A stretch of DNA of 64,000 bases from an uncultured Candidatus Saccharibacteria bacterium (GCA_964527235.1 CAZGNC010000002.1:14275-78274); one strand, 5' to 3'. Shown: positions 18,843 to 28,859, counted from the stretch's first letter. Program-made: numbers and translations. The notes: generated from the sequence alone by a model not told the origin.

Positions 18843-18896
18843 AAAACAAAAACCACCATTTCGGGTGGCCCTTGTTTGTAGTATGTAATTTTATTT
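18843..18896 (-). terminator. terminator module copy 1: conserved 26-nt box plus a ccacc...ggtgg hairpin plus U-run
   Basis: Shares aaaacaaaaaccacc...cttgtttgtagtatgtaattttattt with 19521-19580. Confidence 0.5.
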
Positions 18897-18910
18897 ACTG
18901 ATGAATCTAA

Positions 18911-19474
18911 TTACAGAGCTTGTAGAACTCCAACCAATGGACCTTTGCATGAAGAAGAACCGTCGATGACCGCATTAAATTCATTCTCGAAGGATTTCTG
19001 GAAACTTACTTTATTATCCATCACACAAGTCATTTCTTGGTTAACCCATGCTGGGTTAGGATTCTTAACGTATTTAAACGAAACTTCACATTTACCGCTT
19101 TTTGGCCCGATAATCTTGAAGTAAGAAGCCGCAAAGCCAGCATCTGATGTGACGGTCGCAGGCTGGCAAGCAGAGAATTTTTCCTGAAAACAACTCTCAC
19201 TACCGCAATCCACAGTAGAAGATACGTCTGCTTTAATATTAGTTTCAATCTTTATCTCACCCGCATTGTCCTTCTTGGTGGATTGTTCGGTCTTAGTCGT
19301 CGTAACGGTATTTTTATTTTCTATTTGAATCTCAGCACCCTTTTCTTCAACTGTTTTTACTTCTTTCTCAGCTTTTTGCTTTTCATAGACATAAAAGCCA
19401 CCTCCGCCGACAGCAACCACAGATATTATTATTAAAAATAGAACGCCGATAAAACCTTTTTGAGTTGTATTCAT
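18911..19474 (-). CDS. secreted/membrane-anchored Cys-containing protein, unknown function
   Basis: N-terminal TM anchor (FIGVLFLIIISVVAV) followed by a Thr/Lys-rich linker and a Cys-containing globular region. Confidence 0.4.
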   Translation of the reverse strand: MNTTQKGFIGVLFLIIISVVAVGGGGFYVYEKQKAEKEVKTVEEKGAEIQIENKNTVTTTKTEQSTKKDNAGEIKIETNIKADVSSTVDCGSESCFQEKFSACQPATVTSDAGFAASYFKIIGPKSGKCEVSFKYVKNPNPAWVNQEMTCVMDNKVSFQKSFENEFNAVIDGSSSCKGPLVGVLQAL

Positions 19475-19520
19475 GAGAATAAATTAATTAATTTATAACC
19501 CATTAATTATACTACACCAA

Positions 19521-19580
19521 AACAAAAACCACCCCGAGATAATCAAAGAGTGGCTCTTGTTTGTAGTATGTAATTTTATT
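19521..19580 (-). terminator. terminator module copy 2 (after fusA)
   Basis: Same 26-nt box and flanks as 18843-18896, with a different loop. Confidence 0.5.
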
Positions 19581-19587
19581 TCCTCTT

Positions 19588-21735
19588 TTACTTTCTCCCG
19601 GCGATGATAGTCTCGGCGACGTTTTGAGGAACAATATCGTAACGTAGGAATTCCATTGTGAAACTCGCACGGCCTTCAGTCATAGAACGTAGGCCAGTCA
19701 TGTATCCGAACATTTCAGATAGAGGCACAACTGCGCGCATGACTTTGTTCATACCGCGGTCTTCCATGCCTTCGATAAGTCCACGCTTTGAAGATAGGTT
19801 ACCTGTTACGTCTCCCATGAATTTATCAGGAGTCACAACTTCAACCTTCATCATAGGCTCAAGTATCACAGGGTTTGCACGCTTACATGCGTCTTGGATT
19901 GCCATAGAAGCTGCGATTTTGAAAGCCATTTCGTTAGAGTCAACTTCGTGGTAACTTCCATCATAAAGATCGACAGAAACGTTAACCATTTTAAATCCTG
20001 CGAGGATTCCACGATCAAGACCTTCTTTGAATCCTTTTTCACAAGGAGCGATGTATTCCTGAGGAATAACACCTCCTTTGATGTTGTTGATAAATTCAAA
20101 TCCAGGAGAACGCTTGGTGTTCTTTGGCAGATCTTCGATTTCTTCTTTGGTAAGCATGGTCATAGGCTTGACCTTGATCTTCACGTGGCCGTAGTTACCG
20201 CGACCTCCAGACTGCTTGATGTACTTACCTTCTGCTTCACCAGTGCCGTTGATGGTTTCACGATAAGCAACCTGAGGCTTACCAACGTTCGCCTCAACAG
20301 CGAACTCTCTCTTCATACGATCAACTATGATTTCAAGGTGTAGCTCTCCCATGCCGGCGATGATAGTCTCCCCTGTTTCTTGGTCAGTTGATACTTTAAA
20401 AGTTGGGTCTTCTTGTGCGAGACGATTAAGTGCCATACCCATTTTCTCTTGGTCAGCTTTGGTCTTTGGTTCGATACGTAGAGAGATAACAGGTTCTGGG
20501 AATACGATACGGTTGAGCTCTATCGGAGAACTCTCATCACAAATAGTATCTGAAGTAATAGTATCTTTTAGTCCCACAGCTGCCGCTATTTCTCCAGCGA
20601 AAACTTGCTTAACTTCTTCTCGATCATTTGCATGCATTCTTAGGATTCGGCCGATTCTTTCTTTGTTGCGAGTTCTAGGATTATATACATAACTTCCAGC
20701 AGTTAGAGTTCCAGAATATACACGGAAGAAAATAATCTGTCCCACGAATGGGTCAGTAGCAACCTTGAAAGCAAGTGCCGCGAAAGGTTCTTTATCAGAA
20801 GCGTGGCGAACCAAAGGCTCATCGTTGTCTGGATTTATTCCAGGGATAGGAGGGATGTCTGTAGGTGCTGGCAAGTAGTCAACAACAGCGTCAAGTACCA
20901 ACTGCACACCTTTGTTCTTAAGCGCAGAACCTGCGAATACTGGGAAAATATCGTTAGAGATAACCGCCTTACGTAGTGCCTTCTTAAGACTTTCTAAGTT
21001 TGGGATAACACCATCTAGGTATTCAGTCATCATGACATCATCGGTCTCAACTATTCTTTCAACCAATTCACTGTGATATTTCTGCGCATCAGCCTTAAGC
21101 TCTTCGGGAATATCTTTCTCGATAACTTTGTTACCCATATCTCCTTCGAAGTAATAAGCCTTCATGCGAAGCAAGTCCACAACACCTTCGAAGTTATCTT
21201 CGAGTCCTATTGGGGTCTGTACTCGAACAGCCTTCTTACTAAGTCTGTCTAAGATAGTTGCATATGAATGTTCAAACGAAGCACCAGTTCGATCAAGCTT
21301 GTTGATGAAACAAATACGAGGAACCTTCGCTTCGTCGGCATACCTCCAGTTAGTCTCAGACTGAGGCTCTACTCCAGCAACGCCGTCGAAAACCACAACC
21401 GCACCGTCGAGCACGCGAAGTGATCGCTTAACCTCTACGGTAAAGTCAATGTGTCCAGGGGTGTCGATAATATTGAAACGATGTTTGCGAGATTTATCAG
21501 TTAGAGCATATGTCGGAGTCCAGAAACAAGTAACAGCAGCTGAGGTAATAGTGATACCTCTTTCACGCTCTTGCTCCATCCAGTCAGTGGTAGTCTCGCC
21601 ATCATGCACCTCACCTATCTTGTGGGATACGCCAGTATAATAAAGCACGCGTTCAGTCGTGGTAGTCTTACCTGCATCGATGTGTGCAATGATTCCAAAA
21701 TTTCTAACTTTTTCTAGTGGATAATCTCGTTCCAT
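19588..21735 (-). CDS. fusA: elongation factor G
   Basis: 715 aa with [23 protein letters not shown]; EF-G domains II-V. Confidence 0.97.
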   Translation of the reverse strand: MERDYPLEKVRNFGIIAHIDAGKTTTTERVLYYTGVSHKIGEVHDGETTTDWMEQERERGITITSAAVTCFWTPTYALTDKSRKHRFNIIDTPGHIDFTVEVKRSLRVLDGAVVVFDGVAGVEPQSETNWRYADEAKVPRICFINKLDRTGASFEHSYATILDRLSKKAVRVQTPIGLEDNFEGVVDLLRMKAYYFEGDMGNKVIEKDIPEELKADAQKYHSELVERIVETDDVMMTEYLDGVIPNLESLKKALRKAVISNDIFPVFAGSALKNKGVQLVLDAVVDYLPAPTDIPPIPGINPDNDEPLVRHASDKEPFAALAFKVATDPFVGQIIFFRVYSGTLTAGSYVYNPRTRNKERIGRILRMHANDREEVKQVFAGEIAAAVGLKDTITSDTICDESSPIELNRIVFPEPVISLRIEPKTKADQEKMGMALNRLAQEDPTFKVSTDQETGETIIAGMGELHLEIIVDRMKREFAVEANVGKPQVAYRETINGTGEAEGKYIKQSGGRGNYGHVKIKVKPMTMLTKEEIEDLPKNTKRSPGFEFINNIKGGVIPQEYIAPCEKGFKEGLDRGILAGFKMVNVSVDLYDGSYHEVDSNEMAFKIAASMAIQDACKRANPVILEPMMKVEVVTPDKFMGDVTGNLSSKRGLIEGMEDRGMNKVMRAVVPLSEMFGYMTGLRSMTEGRASFTMEFLRYDIVPQNVAETIIAGRK

Positions 21736-21848
21736 TTGTAAATTCTCTTTTTAAGTAATAAAAAAGCGCGAAAAAGCGCTAGAAATAATATATACTAAAA
21801 AGCACTTTTTAGCAAACCTATATTCAGGGTAAGCCCATTATAAAATAT

Positions 21849-22451
21849 CTACCACATCAACGCCCTCCACAAAAAACCACCAAAGAACCACCAAAGAAGC
21901 AATAAAACAATTAGAAGAGTACCTATAGACCTAGAAGACATATTGAATCTTTGCAATACATCCTTATGCTCTCTATCTAAACAAGTAGCCACCACCAAGA
22001 AAGACGAGAAAGCTATAATACCGATAGAACTGATGGCTTTACTTAGGACATCAGACTCTACCATATCCCAAATCGAAAGAATACCAATAAAAGCTAGAAC
22101 CGCTACTGCGGCGATAAAAACACCTATGGTTAACTTTCTTATTACAGAAAAAGCTGGATTTGGTAAGTTCGCAAGACTTGGGTCAGTCTCTGATTTACCA
22201 TCTAAGAAATGCCCAGCCACTACGACAACGACTGCCACTGCAGCCAACAAGCCAAGAGTTTGGAAAGATTTAGTTATAACATCTTTTCCAAATACATCCC
22301 AAACACCAAAAACAGACACCACAGTAAGAACAACTACAGAAAGAATAAAAAACAAACCAGCACCATCTTGAATTTTCTTCATTTTATTGTGATTATTAAT
22401 AAAACTAACATTTTTATTATACAACAACGATAAAAAAACAAAAACTCCCAA
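21849..22451 (-). CDS. polytopic membrane protein, unknown function
   Basis: Five or six predicted TM helices. Inserted between rpsG and fusA. Confidence 0.4.
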   Translation of the reverse strand: MGVFVFLSLLYNKNVSFINNHNKMKKIQDGAGLFFILSVVVLTVVSVFGVWDVFGKDVITKSFQTLGLLAAVAVVVVVAGHFLDGKSETDPSLANLPNPAFSVIRKLTIGVFIAAVAVLAFIGILSIWDMVESDVLSKAISSIGIIAFSSFLVVATCLDREHKDVLQRFNMSSRSIGTLLIVLLLLWWFFGGFLWRALMW

Positions 22452-22489
22452 CTGGGAGCTTTTGTTTTTTAAATTTATTTAAATTGAAC

Positions 22490-22960
22490 CTACCAAGCGA
22501 AGTGAGCGAAGGCTTTGTTGGCCTCGGCCATCTTGTGAGTGTCTTCTCGCTTCTTGATAGCACTTCCCTCGTTCTTTGAAGCAAGGATTATTTCTTCAGC
22601 AAGCTTCACGTGCATAGGAGAACCTTTCTTCGCACGTGCTGCGTCACGAATCCATCGCATAGCGAGCGCTAGACGGCGTTCAGGACGAACTTCGCGAGGA
22701 ACCTGGTAGTTAGCTCCACCGATTCTCTTAGAGCGAACTTCTGTTATAGGACCAGCGTTCTTCATAGCTAGGTCGAAAACTTCTAGAGGATTTGGGTTGC
22801 CTGTCTTTTCTTTGATAACGTCAAAAGCTTGATAGATTATCTTTCTTGAAGTTTCTTTCTTTCCAGACCACATAACGTAGTTTATGAACTTCTCTAGTTT
22901 CTGAGAATTATAAACGAAATCAGGACCTACTATATTTTTATTTTTTATTTTTCTTCGCAT
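22490..22960 (-). CDS. rpsG: 30S ribosomal protein S7
   Basis: S7 motifs (KNAGPITEVRSKRIGGANYQVP). Confidence 0.9.
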   Translation of the reverse strand: MRRKIKNKNIVGPDFVYNSQKLEKFINYVMWSGKKETSRKIIYQAFDVIKEKTGNPNPLEVFDLAMKNAGPITEVRSKRIGGANYQVPREVRPERRLALAMRWIRDAARAKKGSPMHVKLAEEIILASKNEGSAIKKREDTHKMAEANKAFAHFAW

Positions 22961-22977
22961 AAATCAGTATTTAGAAA

Positions 22978-23403
22978 TTATTTCTTATCTCCACCTTTTG
23001 GCTTCTTGTTACCGTATAGGGATCGTCCTTGTCGTCTCTTCTCTACTCCTTGAGTATCGAGAACACCACGAACTATGTGATATCGTACTCCGATCAAGTC
23101 TTTCACGCGACCTCCGCGGATCATAACCACAGAGTGTTCTTGTAGGTTGTGTCCTTCTCCTGGGATGTAAGCAGTTACTTCCATGCCGTTGGTTAGTCTT
23201 ACGCGAGCGATCTTTCGGAGAGCGGAGTTAGGCTTCTTAGGAGTGGTTGTAGATACTTTGGTACAAACTCCACGCTTGAATGGTGAAGGGAAAAATGTAG
23301 GCTTGTTCTTAAGAACGTTAAATCCACGCGCCAAAGCAACCGCCTTTGACTTCTGGCGGACTCGACTGCGGTTTTTTCGAACTAATTGATTGATTGTTGG
23401 CAT
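22978..23403 (-). CDS. rpsL: 30S ribosomal protein S12
   Basis: [10 protein letters not shown]...[10 protein letters not shown]...; the start is chosen at the S12-conserved Met rather than the longer ORF-track start. Confidence 0.9.
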   Translation of the reverse strand: MPTINQLVRKNRSRVRQKSKAVALARGFNVLKNKPTFFPSPFKRGVCTKVSTTTPKKPNSALRKIARVRLTNGMEVTAYIPGEGHNLQEHSVVMIRGGRVKDLIGVRYHIVRGVLDTQGVEKRRQGRSLYGNKKPKGGDKK

Positions 23404-23490
23404 CAGGTTGTCTTTATGAAACAAAATAGCCCTCATGGACTAGTCCAATGAATATACTATTTCAGTATAGAAAAAGCAAGTACTCCCCTG

Positions 23491-24111
23491 TTAAAGGGTA
23501 AATCCAGTGACAAGCTGAAAAGCAAATCGAAGAATTGGAGAAAGGTAGTCCGCAAAATATACAACAAAAATAATTATGAATATGAAAGCGTATTGTTCCA
23601 TAAAACTCATGGCTTTATAGAAACTTCGAGGCAAGAACGAGAACAATATCTTCGAACCATCTAGTGGCGGGATAGGCACCAAGTTAAATATAGCCAAACC
23701 TAAATTCATAATCACGATAAGTGACACTATCTCTATAAATCTATCCGGCGCTCCCATGGGCACAGTGAACCTGAGTATTAATCCGAAAATCACCGCTATA
23801 AGAATATTGGCGAGCACTCCCGCAGCCGCCACTGCTAGAGTCCCCCATCTTTCATTTCGCAAATTGTCTGGATTATATGGCACTGGTTTAGCCCAACCGA
23901 GGAGAAATGGAGCTTTAGTAATTATCAAAATCGCAGGAAGGAATATCGAACCGAAAATATCCAAGTGTTTCAGTGGGTTGAGAGTAAGCCTACCCGCATA
24001 TCTGGCTGTTTTGTCTCCGAAATACTCTGCCATGAATCCATGAGAGACTTCATGGATCACTACAGACATGATCAGTACGGCTATGTAAAAGATTATATCA
24101 ATGGGTTGCAT
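23491..24111 (-). CDS. site-2 protease family zinc metalloprotease (peptidase M50)
   Basis: HEVSHG (HExxH) in TM helix 1; polytopic membrane protein. Confidence 0.7.
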   Translation of the reverse strand: MQPIDIIFYIAVLIMSVVIHEVSHGFMAEYFGDKTARYAGRLTLNPLKHLDIFGSIFLPAILIITKAPFLLGWAKPVPYNPDNLRNERWGTLAVAAAGVLANILIAVIFGLILRFTVPMGAPDRFIEIVSLIVIMNLGLAIFNLVPIPPLDGSKILFSFLPRSFYKAMSFMEQYAFIFIIIFVVYFADYLSPILRFAFQLVTGFTL

Positions 24112-24146
24112 AGTAACGAGTTTAATGATAGCATGTAGGAACTCTT

Positions 24147-24395
24147 ATGAAAACATGTGCAATAACTAAAAAAGGCGGAATTATCGGGGGCGGATACTCA
24201 AACCGTACTCGTGCTACTAAATTCAACCCTACCGGCAAGGTCCGCAAATACCCAAATCTTCAAAAGAAGAGAGTTTTCGTCCCTGAACTAGGTAAAACTG
24301 TAAATATTGAAGTCTCAACTCGTGGTATGCGCACCATCAAGAAAAACGGTGCTTACGCTACCCTTCTCAAAGCTGGACTAATCCAAGCTAAGTAA
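24147..24395 (+). CDS. rpmB: 50S ribosomal protein L28
   Basis: MKTCAITKKGGIIGG...NPTGKVRKYPNLQKKRV; L28 pattern. Confidence 0.75.
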   Translation: MKTCAITKKGGIIGGGYSNRTRATKFNPTGKVRKYPNLQKKRVFVPELGKTVNIEVSTRGMRTIKKNGAYATLLKAGLIQAK

Positions 24396-24439
24396 TCTAA
24401 GACTTTGCTTTTAGCCTATTTCCGCATATAATTAAATCT

Positions 24440-24826
24440 ATGCCTGAAGGACTCAATACAACCAACGAAAGACAAAGAAATATTGAAGTTTTTACTGATC
24501 AAGCTCTGGAGGTCTTTAAAGGAAGACTGGCTGGAAGGTCATTTTCCCTGTCTCATGTAGGTGGAGAATACGGCGATACAAATGTAACTGTAGTCCCAGA
24601 CAAGAAAAACCCAGGCCAAGCACTCTGGGACAACACCTCTCCAGATTTTTTATATGTTAAAAGAAAAGACAAAGAAAACTCTGGTTCAATTTCTTTAAAC
24701 AACATACTGGTATCCCCTGAGGCAGAGGACCAGATCTCAATAATACTAAAAGAGATGAAAATTCCTCCAGGCATGCAAGAAGAAGTTAAAAAACAAATTA
24801 AAAAAGATTACCCTCCTTTAAACTAA
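24440..24826 (+). CDS. hypothetical protein
   Basis: 128 aa, co-directional with rpmB. No recognisable motifs. Confidence 0.35.
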   Translation: MPEGLNTTNERQRNIEVFTDQALEVFKGRLAGRSFSLSHVGGEYGDTNVTVVPDKKNPGQALWDNTSPDFLYVKRKDKENSGSISLNNILVSPEAEDQISIILKEMKIPPGMQEEVKKQIKKDYPPLN

Positions 24827-24830
24827 ACTA

Positions 24831-24858
24831 AAAATCCCCCATATGGGGGATTTTTAGT
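24831..24858. terminator. bidirectional rho-independent terminator (aaaaatccccc atat gggggattttt)
   Basis: A perfect 10-bp stem flanked by A-run and T-run, between convergent genes. Confidence 0.6.
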
Positions 24859-24859
24859 T

Positions 24860-26089
24860 TTACGCAGGTACGAAAGTAAGCGCAGTGCCGGCTTTGCCAC
24901 TTCGGCCAGTTCGGCCTATGCGGTGTACATAAGTATCGTAAGTTTGAGGTACGTCGAAATTTATAACATGAGTCACATCTGGGATATCTAGACCTCTAGC
25001 AGCCACGTCTGTAGCAATCAATATATTTATTTTATCTTGCTTGAAAGAATCAAGTATTCGTAGACGTTCACGACTTCTCTTGTCACCATGAATGCCTCCT
25101 ACCTTGAACCCAGCCTGAGAAAGCTCTTTAGCTAGGGTATCAACACTGTGTTTCATCTCGCGGAAAATAAGAACTTTATCTGAGCCGTCTTTTTTCAATA
25201 CTTCATGAAGCTTGGCTATTTTCTCTTCTTTGGTTCTAGTACGGATGACGTCTTGGTCGATATTCTTAGCAGTCTCACCAGAAACTACAGATACGAAAAC
25301 TGGATCTTTCAAATACTCACTTGTTAACTTTTTAATCTCAGGAGAAAGAGTCGCTGAGAAGAAAAGAGTCTGGCGATCTTTCGCAGTCTTGCCGATAATG
25401 TAAACCATATCATCACGGAATCCCATGTCGAGCATACGATCTGCTTCATCAAGCACTACAGAATTACAAGTAGTTAAGTCTAAAACTTTGCGATCTATTA
25501 AATCTCGAAGTCTACCTGGGGTACCAATTACAAAAGAAACGCCCATTTTTATCTCACGAATTTGTTTCATTATTGGCAAACCTCCAACGCATGAAACTGA
25601 AAACATACCAAAACCAAAAGCGAGCTTCTTAAACTCTTCTTCTATTTGGATTGCTAATTCGCGAGTCGGTGCCATTATGAGCACTGTTTCCCTCTTGCTC
25701 TGACCTTTGGTCTTCGCAATTTTCTCAATCAAAGGAATTAGAAATGCTGCGGTTTTACCAGTACCGGTGTTCGCTAGACCAAATATATCCTTACCTGAGA
25801 TAGACACGGGTATAGACTGATCCTGAATAGGACGAGGTGCAGTGTAGCCAGCACGTGCTATGTTCTTGTGAAGTTGTTCACTTAAAGGAAAATCAGAAAA
25901 AGCATGCTTGGCAACGTATGGTCGCTCTGCAACTTGGACAGCCTTCTTAATAAAACGAGAAAAGTCTATCCTCTCTCCGCGAGATCGAGACCCTCCACTC
26001 CCTCCTCGGCCCTTAGGCTTGAAGCGAGATTTAAAATTAGTATTTGGACGTCCGAATTTAGACGGACGTGCCGGATGACGTGTGTACAT
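24860..26089 (-). CDS. DEAD-box ATP-dependent RNA helicase with an RG-rich N-terminal extension
   Basis: Q-motif, GTGKT (motif I), DEAD, SAT, HRIGRTGR (motif VI). Confidence 0.9.
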   Translation of the reverse strand: MYTRHPARPSKFGRPNTNFKSRFKPKGRGGSGGSRSRGERIDFSRFIKKAVQVAERPYVAKHAFSDFPLSEQLHKNIARAGYTAPRPIQDQSIPVSISGKDIFGLANTGTGKTAAFLIPLIEKIAKTKGQSKRETVLIMAPTRELAIQIEEEFKKLAFGFGMFSVSCVGGLPIMKQIREIKMGVSFVIGTPGRLRDLIDRKVLDLTTCNSVVLDEADRMLDMGFRDDMVYIIGKTAKDRQTLFFSATLSPEIKKLTSEYLKDPVFVSVVSGETAKNIDQDVIRTRTKEEKIAKLHEVLKKDGSDKVLIFREMKHSVDTLAKELSQAGFKVGGIHGDKRSRERLRILDSFKQDKINILIATDVAARGLDIPDVTHVINFDVPQTYDTYVHRIGRTGRSGKAGTALTFVPA

Positions 26090-26237
26090 ATGCTTTATTT
26101 GTCATGGATACTAGCTCAATGACAAACATCGCTAATTTCCACAAAGTCAGTCTCGTTAGAATAATTTCATCCGCCTTTGGCGGAAGTGAGAATGATTTTA
26201 GAAGAATAGCATTTTACATTGAACTTGTCAATGTTTC

Positions 26238-26666
26238 TTAAGAAAATCTAACCTTTGTGGCATTAATTATTTCTTCAGTTGAATTATATCTTTCAAAGGC
26301 AAAGTCTGGGTGAGTTATACCCCGGATCAACCTTGTAACCTCTGAGTCTTTATGAGCCATGGCAAGCACTGGTATCCCCCTCTTCTCTACCGCAGTAGCG
26401 ATCTCATAACCAAGCCCAAGCGATGGAAAGTCGCAAATAGCCAGCATGCAGTCTGCTTTCATCACACACTCTTTGATATCAAAATTATAAACTTCAGGTG
26501 GTGAAGCTTGTGATGCATCATCAACACCCAAAAACTCCATAACTTCAAAAAATTCACTTAAAGAATTTTTAACTTCTCTGATAGTTCTTAAAAATTCCAC
26601 TTTTTTATCTAGGGGTAAATTAGTTAGGGCGCAACCTATATAAAGCTTCTTCTTCATTTTATTCAA
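26238..26666 (-). CDS. nucleoside 2-deoxyribosyltransferase superfamily protein, DNPH1/Rcl-like (2'-deoxynucleoside 5'-phosphate N-hydrolase-like)
   Basis: KLYIGCALT...ADCMLAICDFPSLGLGYEIATAVEKRGIPVL matches the DNPH1/NDT core (compare ADVVVAEVTQPSLGVGYELG). Confidence 0.55.
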   Translation of the reverse strand: MNKMKKKLYIGCALTNLPLDKKVEFLRTIREVKNSLSEFFEVMEFLGVDDASQASPPEVYNFDIKECVMKADCMLAICDFPSLGLGYEIATAVEKRGIPVLAMAHKDSEVTRLIRGITHPDFAFERYNSTEEIINATKVRFS

Positions 26667-27180
26667 ACTGACGACCCATTATGTTCCCAGGATTATTTAT
26701 ATCAAATAACACTTCACTACCCTGCAACAAAAATACACGCTTAACGCCAGCTTCAATCATTTTGTCCCAACATGGCTTACAACACCACCAATGCCCCCAA
26801 AGATATAAATCTAAATTAGAATTAACTTTCTGTGGAAATTTTTTTAATAATATAGCAGAAGCTCTGTACTCACCATGATTTTCATGGGAAGCACATCCTG
26901 GGCAAAGCCAATACTTTTGACCAGAAGGCACACCAAACATTCTGCGAATACAATGTTTCTTATGTAAATTTTTAAGAAATGGGTTAGATAATGGTGTCTT
27001 ATTAGAAGCTTCAATTATAATTTCCCCATTCTCAACAATCACAGCTCCTGTTGGGAAACTCTGGTCGTTGGAAGTTCGAGCAATTTCTTTAGCTTTTTGC
27101 ATGTATTTATTTGAGCCATCAACGTATTCAATACTTTTACCTTCCGGTAGATAAGGATATTTTATATTTTTTGTTTCCAT
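26659..27180 (-). CDS. CMP/dCMP-type (CDA-fold) zinc deaminase, divergent
   Basis: SHENHGE (H.E) and CKPC zinc ligands, with C-terminal MIEAGVKRVFLL matching the dCMP deaminase helix. An extra Cys cluster suggests a second zinc site. Confidence 0.55.
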   Translation of the reverse strand: METKNIKYPYLPEGKSIEYVDGSNKYMQKAKEIARTSNDQSFPTGAVIVENGEIIIEASNKTPLSNPFLKNLHKKHCIRRMFGVPSGQKYWLCPGCASHENHGEYRASAILLKKFPQKVNSNLDLYLWGHWWCCKPCWDKMIEAGVKRVFLLQGSEVLFDINNPGNIMGRQFE

Positions 27181-27205
27181 ATATTTATATTGTATACTTT
27201 ACTAC

Positions 27206-28039
27206 ATGACCCCATTCGACACAATCTACCAAAACATTATAAAGCAGATAATGGAAGAAGGTATAGAGGAATTGAACGAGCGCACCGGGCATAAGACCAA
27301 AGCTCTCCCCGGAATCACATTTTCTTTAGACATTGAGAGAGACGGATTCCCTGTTCTAACTTTAAGGAAAAACCCAATAAAGTCACCCATAGCAGAACAG
27401 ATATGGTTTATCACCGGAGAAAAAGAAACAACTTTTTTAAGGAAATTCACTAAGATGTGGGATTTATTCACTGAGTCAGACGGCACGGTTGCGGCTGCTT
27501 ATGGCTGGCGCTGGCGACATCATTTCGGCAGAGATCAGCTTGGTAAGACTATTGAATTATTGGAGAAAGAACCAAGCTCTCGTCATGGAGTAATAATCAC
27601 CTGGGACCCTAAAGACGATGGCTATGGTGGCACACCAAAGAAGAACGTTCCCTGCCCCTATACCTACACTCTCAACATCATTGGTGGCCGGCTCAATATG
27701 CACAACATCCTCCGATCTGAAGACATGATTCTGGGTTGTCCTTTTGATGTTCTGGGTTTTGCGCTACTTCAATGCATGATTGCTCAAAGACTCGGAGTCC
27801 GTCCTGGAGTACTCACTCAGTCAATTTCCAATGCTCATGTTTACGACAATCACTACGAAGGAGCGAGGGAAATAATCAGCAGGACTAATGAACATCCTAA
27901 AATAGAACTACACCTACCAGAAAATGCATTCAAGCGCGCTGAACAAAAAGACGAAAATTTAGTCGGAGAAATTTTCGCAGATTTACAAGCACAATACAAT
28001 CCTCTACCCGCAATAGGAGGATTAGACATAGCACTATAA
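27206..28039 (+). CDS. thymidylate synthase (ThyA) family enzyme with Asp in place of the uracil-specifying Asn (GCPFDV vs GLPFNI); possible dCMP methyl- or hydroxymethyl-transferase
   Basis: Aligns to ThyA motifs (ERTGHKT, EQIWF, YGWRWRHHFG, VPCPYTY catalytic Cys, LRSED, PFD). Asn177 to Asp is the known dUMP-to-dCMP specificity switch in the TS / dCMP hydroxymethylase family. Confidence 0.6.
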   Translation: MTPFDTIYQNIIKQIMEEGIEELNERTGHKTKALPGITFSLDIERDGFPVLTLRKNPIKSPIAEQIWFITGEKETTFLRKFTKMWDLFTESDGTVAAAYGWRWRHHFGRDQLGKTIELLEKEPSSRHGVIITWDPKDDGYGGTPKKNVPCPYTYTLNIIGGRLNMHNILRSEDMILGCPFDVLGFALLQCMIAQRLGVRPGVLTQSISNAHVYDNHYEGAREIISRTNEHPKIELHLPENAFKRAEQKDENLVGEIFADLQAQYNPLPAIGGLDIAL

Positions 28040-28044
28040 AATAT

Positions 28045-28536
28045 ATGATTTCACTTATCGCCGCCATCGGGAAAAACTATGAACTAGGAAAGAAAAATGC
28101 TCTTCTTTGGAATTTGCCATTGGACATGAAGCATTTTCAAGACACAACCCGCGGACATACTGTCATAATGGGACAGAAGACATATGAATCTATGGGCAAA
28201 CCTCTACCCAATCGTAAAAACATAGTAGTGACTAGAAATAAAGATTTCAAAGCAGAGGGAGTCGAGATTTCTTACTCTCTCGAAGATACAATCGAATCTT
28301 TTAAGGATAGCCCTGAAGAAATTTTTGTTATTGGCGGAGGAGAAATATATAAACAAACTATCAACAATGCTGACAGGCTATATATAACGCACGTAAATGC
28401 AACATTCCCCGACGCAGACACGTTCTTCCCAGAGATAATACCGATAGTGTGGAACGAGGTTTCGCACGAAGAACACAAGGCAGACTCTAGGCACGCCTTT
28501 GATTATACTTTTTCTACCTACGAGAAATTCTTCTAA
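28045..28536 (+). CDS. folA: dihydrofolate reductase
   Basis: MISLIAAIGKNYELGKKNALLWNLPLDMKHF...VIMGQKTYESMGKPLPNRKNIVVTR; DHFR motifs. Confidence 0.85.
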   Translation: MISLIAAIGKNYELGKKNALLWNLPLDMKHFQDTTRGHTVIMGQKTYESMGKPLPNRKNIVVTRNKDFKAEGVEISYSLEDTIESFKDSPEEIFVIGGGEIYKQTINNADRLYITHVNATFPDADTFFPEIIPIVWNEVSHEEHKADSRHAFDYTFSTYEKFF

Positions 28537-28859
28537 GGATCTTCGGGGGTTCGAATACGAATAAATATGTCTTTACCGTCAGGAGATTTCTCTTTCCTAT
28601 ATTTTCTAGTTTTGTTCTTCTCCACTTTATCCACTAATTCTTTCTCTAGATCAAAGCCGAGATTGTGAGAAATACCAAGTAGAAAAATAATCACATCTGC
28701 AAACTCTTCTGCTACCCCAGGCTGGTTGCGATCATATTTTGAAAACGCTTCTGAAAGTTCTTCGTACGCACGGCAGAAATCATTAACCACGTCATTACGA
28801 AAGCCCTTCTCTGCCCTGTTAGCCATTATGTCTGCTGTAAGTTTTTTGAAATCAACCAT
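28533..28859 (-). CDS. MazG-like nucleoside triphosphate pyrophosphohydrolase (small all-alpha NTP-PPase)
   Basis: EELSEAF...EEFADVIIFLL; the MazG/HisE-type EExxE...D metal-binding helices. Confidence 0.5.
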   Translation of the reverse strand: MVDFKKLTADIMANRAEKGFRNDVVNDFCRAYEELSEAFSKYDRNQPGVAEEFADVIIFLLGISHNLGFDLEKELVDKVEKNKTRKYRKEKSPDGKDIFIRIRTPEDP

